A stretch of 64,000 nt of DNA, from contig CBDANF010000003.1 of assembly GCA_965197475.1 (NCBI GenBank), forward strand, positions 128,001 through 192,000, read 5' to 3'. This document shows, piece after piece, positions 19,643 to 31,200 of the stretch (position 1 is the stretch's first letter; each line of letters begins with the position of its first letter). The position numbers and the translations under genes are program-made. The notes beneath the pieces were generated by a model, which searched no databases, was not told the DNA's origin, and saw only the letters and a list, made by a program, of their open reading frames with translations. This DNA comes from Candidatus Poribacteria bacterium. GTDB lineage: Bacteria > Poribacteria > WGA-4E > WGA-3G.

Positions 19643-20596
19643 TTGATGACTGTTGCAGAATTTATTGCGAAAAAACAGAAAACCTGGACTGAGTTAGAGG
19701 CGTTGTTGAATCAATCCCGAAATGCGAATGCACAGCAACTCAATCGGCTTGGATATCTGTATCGGCGTATTACGTCCGATTTAGCAGTAGCGCGCCGTGA
19801 TTTTCCACATGATCGGTGTGTTTCATACCTGAATGAGTTGGCATCAAGAGCGCATTCCACTGTCTACCAAACCTCACCTTTTAAACGCGGAACGCTTTGG
19901 CAGTTTCTCCGCTTCGGCTTTCCGCAAGTTTTCCGAGAAAATCTCTACTTTATCGGCGCAGCCTTCCTAATGTTCACCATTGCGTTTGCAGGCGCATATT
20001 GGAGTGCCTTGAGAACTCCCGCATTTGCGGAACAACTCATTCCTGAAAACACCTTAAAGCACATCAAAGAGTTGGGACAGGGTGCATGGAATGATACATC
20101 GGCAGAAAACAGAAATCTATTTGCGTCCTTTGTAATGACGAACAACATTCGTGTAGCGTTTTTCGCATTCGCTTGGGGTATCATGTTTATGGTAGGCAGC
20201 GTCTATATTTTAGTTTACAACGGTATTTTCATCGGAGCAGTGGCAGGACTGTGTCACGTCAACGGAGTCGCGTTAGCACTTTGGTCATTTGTGTCACCAC
20301 ACGGATACATTGAACTAACAACGATTTTTATAGCCGGAGGCGCAGGAATGAAATTGGGATATTCACTTATCGCACCATCGGTCCTTTCGCGGAAACGTGC
20401 TTTAATAAATGCTGCAAAAATCGCTATTCAGATGCTTGGGGGATGTGTTTTCTTGCTCATCATAGCTGGAATAATTGAAGGTTTTGTGTCACCTTCTGAA
20501 CTATCAAACGTTGTTAAGATCGGTTTTGGGGCTGTAACAGGTATTTTGCTGTTTACATATCTCTTTGGGATGAAAACGCCTAATACCGATCCCTGA
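19643..20596 (+). CDS. Stage II sporulation protein M (SpoIIM/DUF95) family membrane protein
   Basis: YRRITSDLAVAR, NNIRVAF, PHGYIEL and AGIIEGFVSP. Confidence 0.92.
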   Translation: MMTVAEFIAKKQKTWTELEALLNQSRNANAQQLNRLGYLYRRITSDLAVARRDFPHDRCVSYLNELASRAHSTVYQTSPFKRGTLWQFLRFGFPQVFRENLYFIGAAFLMFTIAFAGAYWSALRTPAFAEQLIPENTLKHIKELGQGAWNDTSAENRNLFASFVMTNNIRVAFFAFAWGIMFMVGSVYILVYNGIFIGAVAGLCHVNGVALALWSFVSPHGYIELTTIFIAGGAGMKLGYSLIAPSVLSRKRALINAAKIAIQMLGGCVFLLIIAGIIEGFVSPSELSNVVKIGFGAVTGILLFTYLFGMKTPNTDP

Positions 20597-20650
20597 TTAT
20601 CTTTATCTGTTGTCAACTTGATAAGTCCGCTATTGATTCTTTACCAACCT

Positions 20651-22006
20651 TTAAATTTTAGACTTCGCCTTCAGCTCCAAATATTTATTCACCACTGCCA
20701 TCGTCAATTGATGCGCCGGAACATCAATTGTGATAACACCTCGGCGACGTAAAATTTCTAAAGTTGCGTGTTTTTCCTGTAACAACCGTTCGGCGATTGT
20801 TTTCTGATAAACCGACTTAGAATTTGAAGGTTTCTGTTCAGCTAATTCAACGATGCCAGAATTTGTCAACGTCACGCAGACAACGAGGTGATGTTTGGAG
20901 AATTGTGAAACATAAGTAGCTATCCCTTCAGCAGAATCGTTGTCAAGAATGTCAGTGAAAAGTATAATGAGTGCACGTTTGCGTTGTTTTGAAGCAAGAT
21001 AGGTAAACGCCGATTCAAAGTCCGGTTCAACAGGATGCACTGGAAGCGCGTAGATCGTTTCAAGCATCGTTAGAAACTGCTTTTTCCCCGGTTTCGGGGC
21101 AAGGTATTGGTGCACGGTATCCGCAAAGGCAATCATTCCAACTTTATCGCCTTTCAACGTTGAAACATAAGCAGCCATTAAAGTTGTATTGATAGCGTAA
21201 TCCAATTTAAGCATCGCCACTTGTGATGTCGATTCTCCCGCGGGCATAGTAGACGTTTCTAAAAGAATCGGTGATGCCATCAGTCTGCCGGTATCCAACA
21301 TTATTACAACATCCTGACTCCTTTCGGTCTCAAATTCTCGCATGATCGGTTTGCGGTGACGTGCCGTGGCTTTCCAATCAATACGGCGAAAGTCGTCATC
21401 TGGAAGATACTCACGCAATCTTTCCATCTCCGTGCCTTCCCCAAATTGTCGAGAATTTTTTAGACCCATCCGATGGAGCATCCCACGTTTCACGAGTAGT
21501 TCATACTGTCGAACTGCTTGTAGATTAGGATAAACCTTTATCTTTGCTGTTGCTACTACCTTTTGCTGTCGGACAACAAAACCCAACACGCCCCAACACC
21601 GTACATGAATATCTCCGAACTGATAAATACCGCGCCGCAAAGGTGTGAGGCGGTAAGATATGTCCGCTTTATCTATAGCCGAAACGCGACAGTCGTGGAG
21701 TACATCCGCAAACAGAAATTCATCTGGGAAGTCGTCTTTGAGACGCATCTTTAGTTGATAATGTGAACGGTTGGCAATTCTCAAGGTCACAACGTTCGCT
21801 ACACCCAACGAAAATTTAGAATGCATCTCGCGGCTGATTTCGACGCTTTTAAACAGAGGATTCGTAACATAATCAATGATACTGACAATAAGCAGCAACG
21901 CCAAATACACACCACCGATAAATAACAGGTTCGGTGAAACTGTGTAAAGCAGAATCGGGATAGCTGCTGGAAGCAGAAAGAGCAGGAAACGCTTGCTTAT
22001 ATGCAT
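20651..22006 (-). CDS. DUF58 (vWA-like) protein
   Basis: GTEMERLREYLPDDDFRRIDWKATAR and LDTGRLM. Confidence 0.92.
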   Translation of the reverse strand: MHISKRFLLFLLPAAIPILLYTVSPNLLFIGGVYLALLLIVSIIDYVTNPLFKSVEISREMHSKFSLGVANVVTLRIANRSHYQLKMRLKDDFPDEFLFADVLHDCRVSAIDKADISYRLTPLRRGIYQFGDIHVRCWGVLGFVVRQQKVVATAKIKVYPNLQAVRQYELLVKRGMLHRMGLKNSRQFGEGTEMERLREYLPDDDFRRIDWKATARHRKPIMREFETERSQDVVIMLDTGRLMASPILLETSTMPAGESTSQVAMLKLDYAINTTLMAAYVSTLKGDKVGMIAFADTVHQYLAPKPGKKQFLTMLETIYALPVHPVEPDFESAFTYLASKQRKRALIILFTDILDNDSAEGIATYVSQFSKHHLVVCVTLTNSGIVELAEQKPSNSKSVYQKTIAERLLQEKHATLEILRRRGVITIDVPAHQLTMAVVNKYLELKAKSKI

Positions 22007-22011
22007 CTTTT

Positions 22012-22965
22012 CTAACGCGGAATTTCTACCTCAGCGAGTAGTCGGTCAATTACATCGTCCGCAGTTAAACCCTCAATTTCAGCATCCGGCTTCAGAAGGA
22101 TACGATGCCGATAGACATGGGGTGCCAAAAATTTTACATCGTCAGGCAGGATATAATCACGACCTTGCAATGCAGCATACGTTTTACTTGCTAACAAAAG
22201 CGCGATTGAGGCGCGAGGGCTTCCTCCTAACATTAACTCATTTGACCTGCGCGATGCCTCGGCTAAACTAACAATATAGTTGAAAATTGAATCCTCTACT
22301 GTGATTTTCTGGATCGTCTCTTGGCACTCCTGAAGTGAAGTGCTGTCAACTACGTTTTCAACCCCTACTGTTTCCAAGCGGGCAGCGTTAAAACCGCGAT
22401 GATAGTTCATCAAAATCTGCGTTTCTACCTCTGGAGCAGGATAATCCACGCGTAGTTTGAATAGAAATCTGTCAAGTTGTGCTTCGGGAAGTGGATAAGT
22501 CCCTTCGTATTCAATAGGATTTTGTGTTGCTAATACAATAAACGGCAAAGGAAGTTCATGACTCACACCGTCAATGCTTACCTGCCGCTCCTCCATACAT
22601 TCTAAGAGTGCCGATTGCGTTTTTGCCGGGGCACGGTTGATTTCGTCTGCAAGTAACACATTTGTAAAAACGGGACCGCGCTTCAAGTTAAATTGGTTCA
22701 TCGTCAAGTCATAAACACTCGTTCCAACAATATCAGACGGCATCAGGTCGGGTGTAAACTGCACACGGCTGAATTTTCCAGAAACGATCATCGCTAATGT
22801 TTTCGCAATAAGCGTTTTCGCAGTGCCGGGAACACCTTCTAACAGGACATGCCCACCTGAAAACAGACTGACGACAAGAAGTTCAAAGAGTTCTGTCTGT
22901 CCAACAATAACTTTTCGCGCTTCTTGCTTCATTCTCTCAAAAACTGTTTGAATTAAATTATCCAT
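22012..22965 (-). CDS. MoxR family AAA+ ATPase
   Basis: [33 protein letters not shown] and [11 protein letters not shown]. Confidence 0.96.
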   Translation of the reverse strand: MDNLIQTVFERMKQEARKVIVGQTELFELLVVSLFSGGHVLLEGVPGTAKTLIAKTLAMIVSGKFSRVQFTPDLMPSDIVGTSVYDLTMNQFNLKRGPVFTNVLLADEINRAPAKTQSALLECMEERQVSIDGVSHELPLPFIVLATQNPIEYEGTYPLPEAQLDRFLFKLRVDYPAPEVETQILMNYHRGFNAARLETVGVENVVDSTSLQECQETIQKITVEDSIFNYIVSLAEASRRSNELMLGGSPRASIALLLASKTYAALQGRDYILPDDVKFLAPHVYRHRILLKPDAEIEGLTADDVIDRLLAEVEIPR

Positions 22966-23057
22966 AAATTATCGCCTTCTTACCCTATCCTCAGTTAAAA
23001 ACCGCGGATAGAAAAGGAATATGATAACCCTCCCTCAATTAATTATTATGCTGACGA

Positions 23058-24176
23058 CTATCTTGCCTTTCCGATTTTTGATGTTTCACGGTATGCTTCA
23101 ACTCTTTTCGCAATTTCGATCAGTTGTGATTCAGATATATTACCAGAAGATTCAAGGTCCCGAACAAGATTTGTAAGTTTTCCATCTTCATCAACCGCAC
23201 CACGCTGCATTAATTCCTCCAAAAAAGTTGCCGTATCTAAATTGGGATTGACATGCCAGCGGCTACCCAAATCTGCCCTGAATTTGTCACGGATGTGCTT
23301 CAATACTTCCATGCGTGTGTTGCCTTTTTGATATAGTGCTGTCATCGCATGGACATATTCGGAACCCAAACGTCTACTGTTTTCCTGCCCATCCAACGGT
23401 TTTCCGAATCGCCTCCCCCTCAGTGTTAGGAAAACAAACAGCATAAGGCAGATATAAACAGCAGCTAATCCCACAGGAGTTTTAAACACAAGTTCCACAA
23501 ACGAATTAGGTGGTTTAGATTCATTTGTGTAATATTTTCCTTCAGCAAGTCCGATGTGTGCATTGCGGGGAAGTGTTGATATAAGATTGTAAAGGAGTGT
23601 AGCGTTGCCACTATACCGCAGCCCCTCCGCGTTGAACAGATACGCAGACGTGGTGAAAAACACACGCCCCTCACCTTCGCGCAGGGTTACAACCACAGCG
23701 TCATTTTCTGAACCGTAGAGCACTGCTATGTCTCGTTCAAGAGTTTCAATAATAAAATATGTCCGTGCCCGAATTTCTTCAACTGGATATAACGAAAAAA
23801 AGGGTTCCTCGCCAATTCTTCGTGAAAATTCCAATCTTCTCGGTAATCTACGCAATTTTAAGCCGTATGCTGTAACAAGTCCATCTACTGCTTCGTGATT
23901 TCCACCACTCACGATTAAGGTGCCACCGTCTCTAACGAAATCTTGAATATTTTTAATCTCCGTTTCTAAAGGTGCTTTGTTAAGGTCTTGTAGAAACAAC
24001 ACATCGTATCTTTTCAGGCGGGAAGGATATTCTGCTGATATTTCTGTGACACGGAACTTTAATTTACGTAAGATGAGGTAAAGCACACTACCTTGTTCCA
24101 GCGAATCACACGAAAACTGAGAACAGGATAGTGCAATTAAAATCAGAGAAAAAATAGATGTTCGGAGAATTCGCAT
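23058..24176 (-). CDS. DUF4350 domain protein
   Basis: FVRDGGTLIV, GEGRV and RRFGKP; position in the MoxR operon. Confidence 0.8.
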   Translation of the reverse strand: MRILRTSIFSLILIALSCSQFSCDSLEQGSVLYLILRKLKFRVTEISAEYPSRLKRYDVLFLQDLNKAPLETEIKNIQDFVRDGGTLIVSGGNHEAVDGLVTAYGLKLRRLPRRLEFSRRIGEEPFFSLYPVEEIRARTYFIIETLERDIAVLYGSENDAVVVTLREGEGRVFFTTSAYLFNAEGLRYSGNATLLYNLISTLPRNAHIGLAEGKYYTNESKPPNSFVELVFKTPVGLAAVYICLMLFVFLTLRGRRFGKPLDGQENSRRLGSEYVHAMTALYQKGNTRMEVLKHIRDKFRADLGSRWHVNPNLDTATFLEELMQRGAVDEDGKLTNLVRDLESSGNISESQLIEIAKRVEAYRETSKIGKAR

Positions 24177-24231
24177 TTTTTCTTATTAATATTGACCAGT
24201 TTGATTGGAAATGTCAAGAACTTTCATAAAT

Positions 24232-24870
24232 TTAATTTCTCACATCAACCTTTTGTATCAGGTCTTTATAACTCGCAACGGTCTCCGCATCGCAAGGTTT
24301 GTGTCCGTACCACACCTCATCAAAAACTGCAATCGCTGGGCCAAGCGTTTTCTGTAAGTCAATGTCTACTTGCAATTGATGGAGATACTCACGATTAGTG
24401 AGACTTTTATCGTAAGGAAGTACACCGCGTTCCTGGAGATGTAAAATAGCAGAAAGATAGAGGTAGCGGAGCGCACCTCGAAAGTCGCTCGATTCTACTG
24501 CTGTTTCAGCACGGGCAAGTGCTGCTTTTTCTGTTTCCACGCGATCTAATGCTATTTCTGATTCCTCGTCTTGCACTTCAGATATCAGATTCATCCGAAT
24601 CTGCCTGATAAAAAAGACTACCACAACTCCCAATGCTATGGCAGCAAACGGAAATAACACATATTCAAGTTTAAAATGCCATTCAGGTTTGGGAGCAAGG
24701 AGTTTCGCTAAATCTTTCTGATATTTTTGGTGTGAAACACTAGGGACTGAACGGTCCGATTGCAATTCATCGCGAAATTGATGCTCTTCTACAGCCATTG
24801 CCAAAAGCACAGCTATATTAACAAAACACACGATGATACAAAAGCAAATCCTTATTTTTACTTTCATCAT
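24232..24870 (-). CDS. DUF4129 domain protein
   Basis: ALRYLYL...TNREYL...FDEVWYG. Confidence 0.88.
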   Translation of the reverse strand: MMKVKIRICFCIIVCFVNIAVLLAMAVEEHQFRDELQSDRSVPSVSHQKYQKDLAKLLAPKPEWHFKLEYVLFPFAAIALGVVVVFFIRQIRMNLISEVQDEESEIALDRVETEKAALARAETAVESSDFRGALRYLYLSAILHLQERGVLPYDKSLTNREYLHQLQVDIDLQKTLGPAIAVFDEVWYGHKPCDAETVASYKDLIQKVDVRN

Positions 24871-25991
24871 GCCTCTTTTTTAACCTCTGGCATCATATCT
24901 GTTCTTTCCAAGTAGAGATATGTGGTCACAATTGCCCATACCGGCACCAAAAAAGTGGTGATTATACCTTTGACAATAAGGAGTAAGACGGTGGGGAGAA
25001 TACCCGGTAACTTTGGCAACATTACTCCCACATTTCCGCCAACGAAAAGGGACAAAAATTTTAGTGGTGTTAATGCTTCTCGAATCGGGGTAAGTTCAGA
25101 GAAAGAGACTGAAAACAGTAGTAATACTGTACCCCGCAGAACGGAGGTGATAATAGCAGCGATCCATCCTGTCAAAAGATAAATCTTTAAAAAATGTAAT
25201 CTTGCCCCGCTGACCAGCGCATGGCTTCGTTTAAAAATACCTATAATGGATCTGTTTTCAAGGATGAGGCACGGGTTGTAGAGGCTCAACGTCACCAGAA
25301 AATAGAAATAGGGAAGTATTATCAAAATTGTTATTAATGTTATGGGCCACAAACTCGTCAACGAAGGGATCAACCATGTAATTCCGATATAGATGTAATT
25401 ACCAATATCTACAATAAGAACAAACAACACAGCCGCAACCAAAACTGTAAACGCCTTCTTTCCTGTTTGTCGCCAAGCCTCGCCCGCAGTTAGCAGGGTT
25501 GGATCCAGGGGAACATCAGAAAATCGTGAATTGGACGATAGACGTGCAACTACTAACGATAATGGGCAAAGTGTGAGTAACAAAAGGATTAAAGGAGTGT
25601 AATCAATGCTTCGAAAATTGAGTGACCATTCCCAAATGCTTCCGTCCCTGTTAATTGCACTGACATACGGAAAAGGTAAAAATTGCCAACTCACAGACGG
25701 TGAAAATCTTGTTTCCTTACCACCATTTTCAACCATTCTGGATGGGACAATTTTAGCTCCGGAGTACGTAGGATCAATTCCGTGGCGTGTGTTTAGACTT
25801 CCGGTTGCAGTGTAATCAGGTTGGTTATCAAAATGTTTTTCAATAAAATTTACAAAACGAAAAAACATCCCAATGTCCAATAAAATTGCGATGATAGCCA
25901 CCGGCAGCATGATACGCCAAAACAACCCACAATTTTTACGATACAGTGAAATAATTGTTCCAACAAGGTTGGTGTTTCGGTTGTTAGCCAT
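24867..25991 (-). CDS. Multi-pass membrane protein, paralog of 11296-12330
   Basis: LYRKNCGLFWRIMLP and ENRSIIGIFKRSHALV; likely start at ATG 25991. Confidence 0.72.
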   Translation of the reverse strand: MANNRNTNLVGTIISLYRKNCGLFWRIMLPVAIIAILLDIGMFFRFVNFIEKHFDNQPDYTATGSLNTRHGIDPTYSGAKIVPSRMVENGGKETRFSPSVSWQFLPFPYVSAINRDGSIWEWSLNFRSIDYTPLILLLLTLCPLSLVVARLSSNSRFSDVPLDPTLLTAGEAWRQTGKKAFTVLVAAVLFVLIVDIGNYIYIGITWLIPSLTSLWPITLITILIILPYFYFLVTLSLYNPCLILENRSIIGIFKRSHALVSGARLHFLKIYLLTGWIAAIITSVLRGTVLLLFSVSFSELTPIREALTPLKFLSLFVGGNVGVMLPKLPGILPTVLLLIVKGIITTFLVPVWAIVTTYLYLERTDMMPEVKKEA

Positions 25992-26031
25992 TTGGTTTTT
26001 TCCATCGGTCTTGAAAGTGCGATATGAGTTC

Positions 26032-26910
26032 TTAATTCGTAACTTGCATCTCAATATCGTAAGCTTCTTTGCGAATCCGTAGGTCAAAATAGAGAAGCGT
26101 TGAACCGATAGATGCAATCGGCATCGTGAGTGCAGCAATGCCTATGGTAAAAAAAGTCCGAATCATATACACTGTCCAACCAATATCGCGTGGTGACGGT
26201 GCAAATACAAAGGTGATAGTCTCAAGCGCAGTAGCGTCCTGTGGGATTTCACCTGTACCTGGGACAAGAAAGAAAATAAAAGTGATAGAGGTCGAAAGTA
26301 TAGACATAATCATATAATAGATCAGAAAAATGGCAAACATAATTCCACACACTCGCCACCAAGTTCCCTTAACCAATTCGGTACTGCGGCGCAGCGAAGC
26401 CATTGTCGGAGTCTCCTCAAACAGAACAGGCAGACCATATAATCCCCACCGAACTATCAAATAGATTGCAAATGGAATGCCGATACATGTAATTGACAAT
26501 CCAATAGCGACTAAAAAATAGATAACAAAACAGCCGAGGAACGGCAAATAACGTCGCAATGATTGTTGCAAAGCAGCTTCAACTGTAATGTTTCTGCCTA
26601 AAAACAGTTGTGCACTCGCGTAAGATAACCCACCTACAACAAAAAGTGATACTAAAAGCGAACTAAGCATAGTAAAAAATAACGTTCCGGAAATTGCATC
26701 AGGCAGGCTGTTAATAACAAAATATATAGAGATTTTATCTATCGTATAAGCTATAACAAAATACACTACAACGATCCGAAAAAATAGGTGGAAGTGATTC
26801 CGATAAAGCGTAAACATACCATCTAAAATATCCGTAAGACTCAAGGGTTGCATAGGTGTTGAAGCTGCTTGACTATTATCTTTTGGTACTAAATTGTCGT
26901 TTTCTTGCAT
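26032..26910 (-). CDS. Membrane protein of the MoxR/DUF58 cluster
   Basis: PLSLTDILDGMFTLYR...LRRSTELVKG...LLYFDLRIRKEAYD. Confidence 0.8.
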   Translation of the reverse strand: MQENDNLVPKDNSQAASTPMQPLSLTDILDGMFTLYRNHFHLFFRIVVVYFVIAYTIDKISIYFVINSLPDAISGTLFFTMLSSLLVSLFVVGGLSYASAQLFLGRNITVEAALQQSLRRYLPFLGCFVIYFLVAIGLSITCIGIPFAIYLIVRWGLYGLPVLFEETPTMASLRRSTELVKGTWWRVCGIMFAIFLIYYMIMSILSTSITFIFFLVPGTGEIPQDATALETITFVFAPSPRDIGWTVYMIRTFFTIGIAALTMPIASIGSTLLYFDLRIRKEAYDIEMQVTN

Positions 26911-27009
26911 TGTTTCCTCGCTTCTGAGAGAACTCATTGATATCAATTAGTGTATCGCATTTCGGCTTTTATTTCAAGACAGTGCAAAGTTCACTTGGAA
27001 CGCAAAGCC

Positions 27010-28380
27010 TTACATACCAGCATCCTCTCCTAACTCATCCTCATGCATAATTTCTTGTAGTCCAGTTGCTATACGGAAGGCGACAAGACAGATACCAAAA
27101 CATACAGCAAACAACCACCGATAACCGATACGTGGCACGAGGAGTCCCCCTATCACCGGTGCGAAGCTGGCGGGTAGCAGCAAGGTGTTCATGAAGCCGA
27201 TATAACTCGGACGACTGCGCGGCGGCGCGATGTTTAGCATATATGCCATGAATCCAACCATCATGCCATTTGCCAAGATACCTCCAATTGTGAAGATTAA
27301 CAAATAAGCAGGCACGTGTAAAGAGGATGGTAACATTCCAGAAGAGAACGCTATTATAGGTGGGAACGCCATGAGTCCTGCTGTGATAATTAACAGCCAC
27401 CGCACCCCATATTTTTCACCGATGTAGCCCCAAAATGCGTTTGAAACGACACCGCTCAGTGCGGAACATACGATGAAAAAACCGATAGTCGCCTCAGAAA
27501 CGCCTAATTCATACAAGGCATACGTTGTATAGAAAGGGGTTGCCATACCGGAAAAATGCAAACCGATGCGGAAGAAAATAAACCGACGATAATTTGTGTC
27601 TGTCCGTAAGAAATGTGGTCCCTGCTTTAGGTGTTGCCACATAGGTTGGCGTTGAGAGTTGACGGGATGAATAGGTTCGCGCACAGCTAAGAAACTAATA
27701 AACGAGAGAAAAGCGGTACTCACCGAACAGATAAAGAGAAAGGCGTAATTAGATGGGAATCCGAGTTCAGTCTCTATTTGACAGATGGAACTGATGAAAT
27801 ACAGGGTGAACGTTTTGAAGATCTGCGTAACCCAACCGAGAATACCGGTAAATTCTTCTTCATTTCCGAGCATAGCACGCACCAAAAACCCGACCCAAAT
27901 TCCAAAAAAGCCGCCAAACAGTTGGCGTAGACTAAAAAAGCGCGCACGCCGATTCGGTGCTATAGATTTAGAGATAATGTCCATGTAAGGCAGCGTTGAA
28001 ACACCCATAGCGGAGGAGGATAAAAAATAGAATCCTAAGAAACAAGCAGCGAGTAAAATTGGGTTTTGCGCGCCGATTTTGATGGTGCAAAAGAATATAG
28101 CGAGCCATGCCAACACGCGGATGCTCATACCGATTGCGTAATACGGCATTTTGCGCTGACGATGTTCCAATAGATTTGACACCAACAGTTGCGGCCACAT
28201 CCAACCGGCTGTCATCATTGAACCGGTCAAACCCACCATGAGTTCGGATCCGGTTAGTTTATGGATAAAAGCAGAAAGCACCGTCGATGAATCTACAAAG
28301 GTAAGGTTAATTCGCATGAAGGTGCCTTGAAGCAGTGCAAATCCGAAGTTTCGTCGTTGATCGTCTCTTTTTTTGGACAT
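27010..28380 (-). CDS. MFS transporter
   Basis: About 12 TM helices; NRRARFF, WGYIGEKYG and RPSYIG motifs. Confidence 0.88.
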   Translation of the reverse strand: MSKKRDDQRRNFGFALLQGTFMRINLTFVDSSTVLSAFIHKLTGSELMVGLTGSMMTAGWMWPQLLVSNLLEHRQRKMPYYAIGMSIRVLAWLAIFFCTIKIGAQNPILLAACFLGFYFLSSSAMGVSTLPYMDIISKSIAPNRRARFFSLRQLFGGFFGIWVGFLVRAMLGNEEEFTGILGWVTQIFKTFTLYFISSICQIETELGFPSNYAFLFICSVSTAFLSFISFLAVREPIHPVNSQRQPMWQHLKQGPHFLRTDTNYRRFIFFRIGLHFSGMATPFYTTYALYELGVSEATIGFFIVCSALSGVVSNAFWGYIGEKYGVRWLLIITAGLMAFPPIIAFSSGMLPSSLHVPAYLLIFTIGGILANGMMVGFMAYMLNIAPPRSRPSYIGFMNTLLLPASFAPVIGGLLVPRIGYRWLFAVCFGICLVAFRIATGLQEIMHEDELGEDAGM

Positions 28381-28700
28381 TCTATTTTGCGTCTTCACTC
28401 TTACGAGGATATGATTTAAGGTAATGATATTGAATTTACACTTTCAAGGTATTCCTAAATCTGCACATTGTTTTTTGACAGAATTGCAGCAATTAGGTTG
28501 AGTTAAAAACGGGATTCGCCATACAGAGTTGCATCATGCTTGGTTGAAACGTTTTTACATTGCAGTGGCGTGATGAATAGTATTGTGTTTCAAAATCTTA
28601 TATTTGATTCTCAATTTTCTTTACAGAGATATACATTTGTGGTAAATTTAGTGCAAACTTAATTATCAAAATGTGCATTGAAACGCATAAAGGAAAAAAT

Positions 28701-29651
28701 ATGGAACCTCTTCGAATTGGATTTCTTGGTGCTGGTGGCTTCGCAAGGCACACGATCTATCCCGCTTTGCATTTAGCACCGGTAGCACTGCAAGCGGTTT
28801 GCGATGCAGACGAAAATCGGGCAAAAGCCGCCGCTGGCAAATTTGGCACAGGAAGATACTACCTTGATAGACACGAAATGTTTGAGAAGGAGGATTTGGA
28901 AGCAGTAATAATCAGTATGGGACCGGATCCGAGGCAACCGCTCGTGCTTGAGACACTTGAGGCAGGATATCACGTTTTCACGCCGAAACCGCCTGCCCCG
29001 TCACTTGAAGAAACTATCACCTTGGCAGAAGCCTCTGAAAAGCATGGCAAGACACTGATGGTGAACTTCCAACGTCGTTTTAGCCGTGGTGTCCGAGAGG
29101 CGAGAGGAATCATGCAGACCGAATCCTTCGGTCAACTTACGCAGCTTTTCTGTTCGTTCTGTAGTGGGAAGTACGGATCGGTCAAACACTATCTACTTGA
29201 TTTTGCTATCCATCACTTCGATTTAGCACGGCACATTGCTGGTGCTGATGTCAAGGAACTTAGCGTTTTTCATAATGAGGTTGGCGGGCAAGGATCATTC
29301 GCTGTTGCTGTGGAATACACCAACGGGGCAGTGGGAAGTTTGCAGTTAAGTAGCCAACGTTTGTGGGGGCGCAACTACGACTATATTGAAATTACAGGAC
29401 AACATGAGTACATCGTTTTAGATGGATTGTGGGGTGTTAACCACTATACAGGCGGTGGAAACACTTTTACATCCAATTTTTCTGATGAACGTAATGGCGA
29501 GTTGACCGGTGACGGCATCAGTCTTACAGAGTTTGCGAATGCTATTCGTGAGGATCGTGAACCGATAGCAAGTATCCATGACTGTGTCGGAACGATGCGG
29601 CTCTATGATGCCGTGCTGCAACGCAAGAAGGGTGTCATCTCTCTTGCTTAG
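28701..29651 (+). CDS. Gfo/Idh/MocA oxidoreductase
   Basis: GFLGAGGFA, HVFTPKP, VNFQRRF and DFAIHHFD. Confidence 0.92.
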   Translation: MEPLRIGFLGAGGFARHTIYPALHLAPVALQAVCDADENRAKAAAGKFGTGRYYLDRHEMFEKEDLEAVIISMGPDPRQPLVLETLEAGYHVFTPKPPAPSLEETITLAEASEKHGKTLMVNFQRRFSRGVREARGIMQTESFGQLTQLFCSFCSGKYGSVKHYLLDFAIHHFDLARHIAGADVKELSVFHNEVGGQGSFAVAVEYTNGAVGSLQLSSQRLWGRNYDYIEITGQHEYIVLDGLWGVNHYTGGGNTFTSNFSDERNGELTGDGISLTEFANAIREDREPIASIHDCVGTMRLYDAVLQRKKGVISLA

Positions 29652-29688
29652 ACATTCCGATGAAATATAAAATATGTGTCACCAACTG

Positions 29689-29712
29689 GTAGGCGCGCTT
29701 TGTAAGCGCGCC
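29689..29712 (+). repeat. GTAG-type REP (family A) between convergent genes, possible terminator
   Basis: Identical to the reverse complement of 5151-5174 and followed by TTTTCTTT. Confidence 0.85.
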
Positions 29713-29718
29713 TTTTCT

Positions 29719-31176
29719 TTATGTGGTCTTCAAATTGATACTTTCTAATACCTCAAGACACGTTTTTCCATTGACGAACTGATGATAATATTGCGCGACC
29801 CGCCTGCTAAAGTCTTGATTCTGACTTAACGCATTGTCTGGCGTTGCGTTCTGGGGTGCCCATAGGGTTGCATTTGAGAAAATAATTTCAATTCGGTTTT
29901 CCACGTCTGTTAAGTTCGCACCAAATGCGCCTTTTAAAACATTCTGTATTGTTCGGTCAGGATCACGGATTTCGTATGCTGTGCCTGTATCGGTGGTGCC
30001 TCGGTAGTCGTCACCTGATATTGTGTGCGGTGTCAAAAATCGTAGGACTGTAGCGAAGGAATAAGCAAAATCGGATTTGAAAAGTTCTGTGCTATCCTGA
30101 TAGTTCGATGATCGGACAATGTCCGCTGCGCGTTCACGCAGTTTCACTGTTTCAATGATATTAATCCGTGCATTGTCGTCCTTGACTCGGCGGATTCTGT
30201 TGATGAATTCAAGTGTATATGCACGCGCACTCTTGCCTGTTATCGGAATATCTGCCTCAACAATTTCAGCGTATCCGTGCATCAACCTTTCCAGATGCGG
30301 TGCAAATGTTGGATGCGCTGCTGCCTCGTTTACATATTCAATCCCAGAGAGCATGCCTTTGTGCGTGATCCCCGGCACATGCACAGAATTCACGAGAAGC
30401 AATTTCCAATCATGATACGGTTCAATGCTCTCCTGCTTGACAATAACGCCGTGGTCGTCAAGTTCACCGAAGGGGACGCGTAGCCTGTTCTCTATGTCTT
30501 CCAGAATGAGCGGCGTTGCGGGCATCTGTTCCGCGTAGGTAATCAATTCATCTGAACCTTCAATCTGTGCCTGCACAGCTTCCTTAATCTCATCGGGAAC
30601 AGCGTAGACTTGTGGTACAAGCCGGTCCCCCATTTCGTTGAGAAAACCAACTTTTGTTTTCAACCATTTCACATAATCATCGTTGCGTTTGGGATATTCA
30701 TTGCATAGAATATCTCGGATAACATCACCGTTATTCCGCAGATTATCGGTATTGATAACGCTGAGGGTGGCATCTGCTCCGTGATTGCAAAAATAGCGAT
30801 AGAGGGTTTCATCTAACACATCCATCGCCAGTTCACCTTTGGCAATTCCTGCTTCGGTTACACCAATCAGAAGAAGGTCTAACAGATTTTCGGTTTGTGC
30901 GTAAAATTGCTCGCGCCCCGCTTCAGTCGCAAGTGTAGTTGCACCTACAACACTCGAAATCTGCTGAATATCATGGATGCTATCAAGGTCAAACGTGACA
31001 ACATGATATACGCCTCCTTGTTGGTTAAAGGCATCCGCTTTTTCGGTGCCTCGCGGTTGTCCTACAAAGATTCCCCCGTTATAAAGATTTCTTTGATTGA
31101 GGATATGAATGAATTGATGGGTTAAGGCGCGTTGTAAGCCTCCTGCACCGATAGCAAGAATTTTTATTGGAAGCAT
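29719..31176 (-). CDS. Mannitol dehydrogenase family oxidoreductase (tagaturonate reductase-like)
   Basis: IGAGGLQRA, VTEAGI, DNLRNNG, MGDRLVP and KLLLVNSVH. Confidence 0.8.
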   Translation of the reverse strand: MLPIKILAIGAGGLQRALTHQFIHILNQRNLYNGGIFVGQPRGTEKADAFNQQGGVYHVVTFDLDSIHDIQQISSVVGATTLATEAGREQFYAQTENLLDLLLIGVTEAGIAKGELAMDVLDETLYRYFCNHGADATLSVINTDNLRNNGDVIRDILCNEYPKRNDDYVKWLKTKVGFLNEMGDRLVPQVYAVPDEIKEAVQAQIEGSDELITYAEQMPATPLILEDIENRLRVPFGELDDHGVIVKQESIEPYHDWKLLLVNSVHVPGITHKGMLSGIEYVNEAAAHPTFAPHLERLMHGYAEIVEADIPITGKSARAYTLEFINRIRRVKDDNARINIIETVKLRERAADIVRSSNYQDSTELFKSDFAYSFATVLRFLTPHTISGDDYRGTTDTGTAYEIRDPDRTIQNVLKGAFGANLTDVENRIEIIFSNATLWAPQNATPDNALSQNQDFSRRVAQYYHQFVNGKTCLEVLESINLKTT

Positions 31177-31200
31177 GTGTCTGTTGTTTCTCCTTTTTTT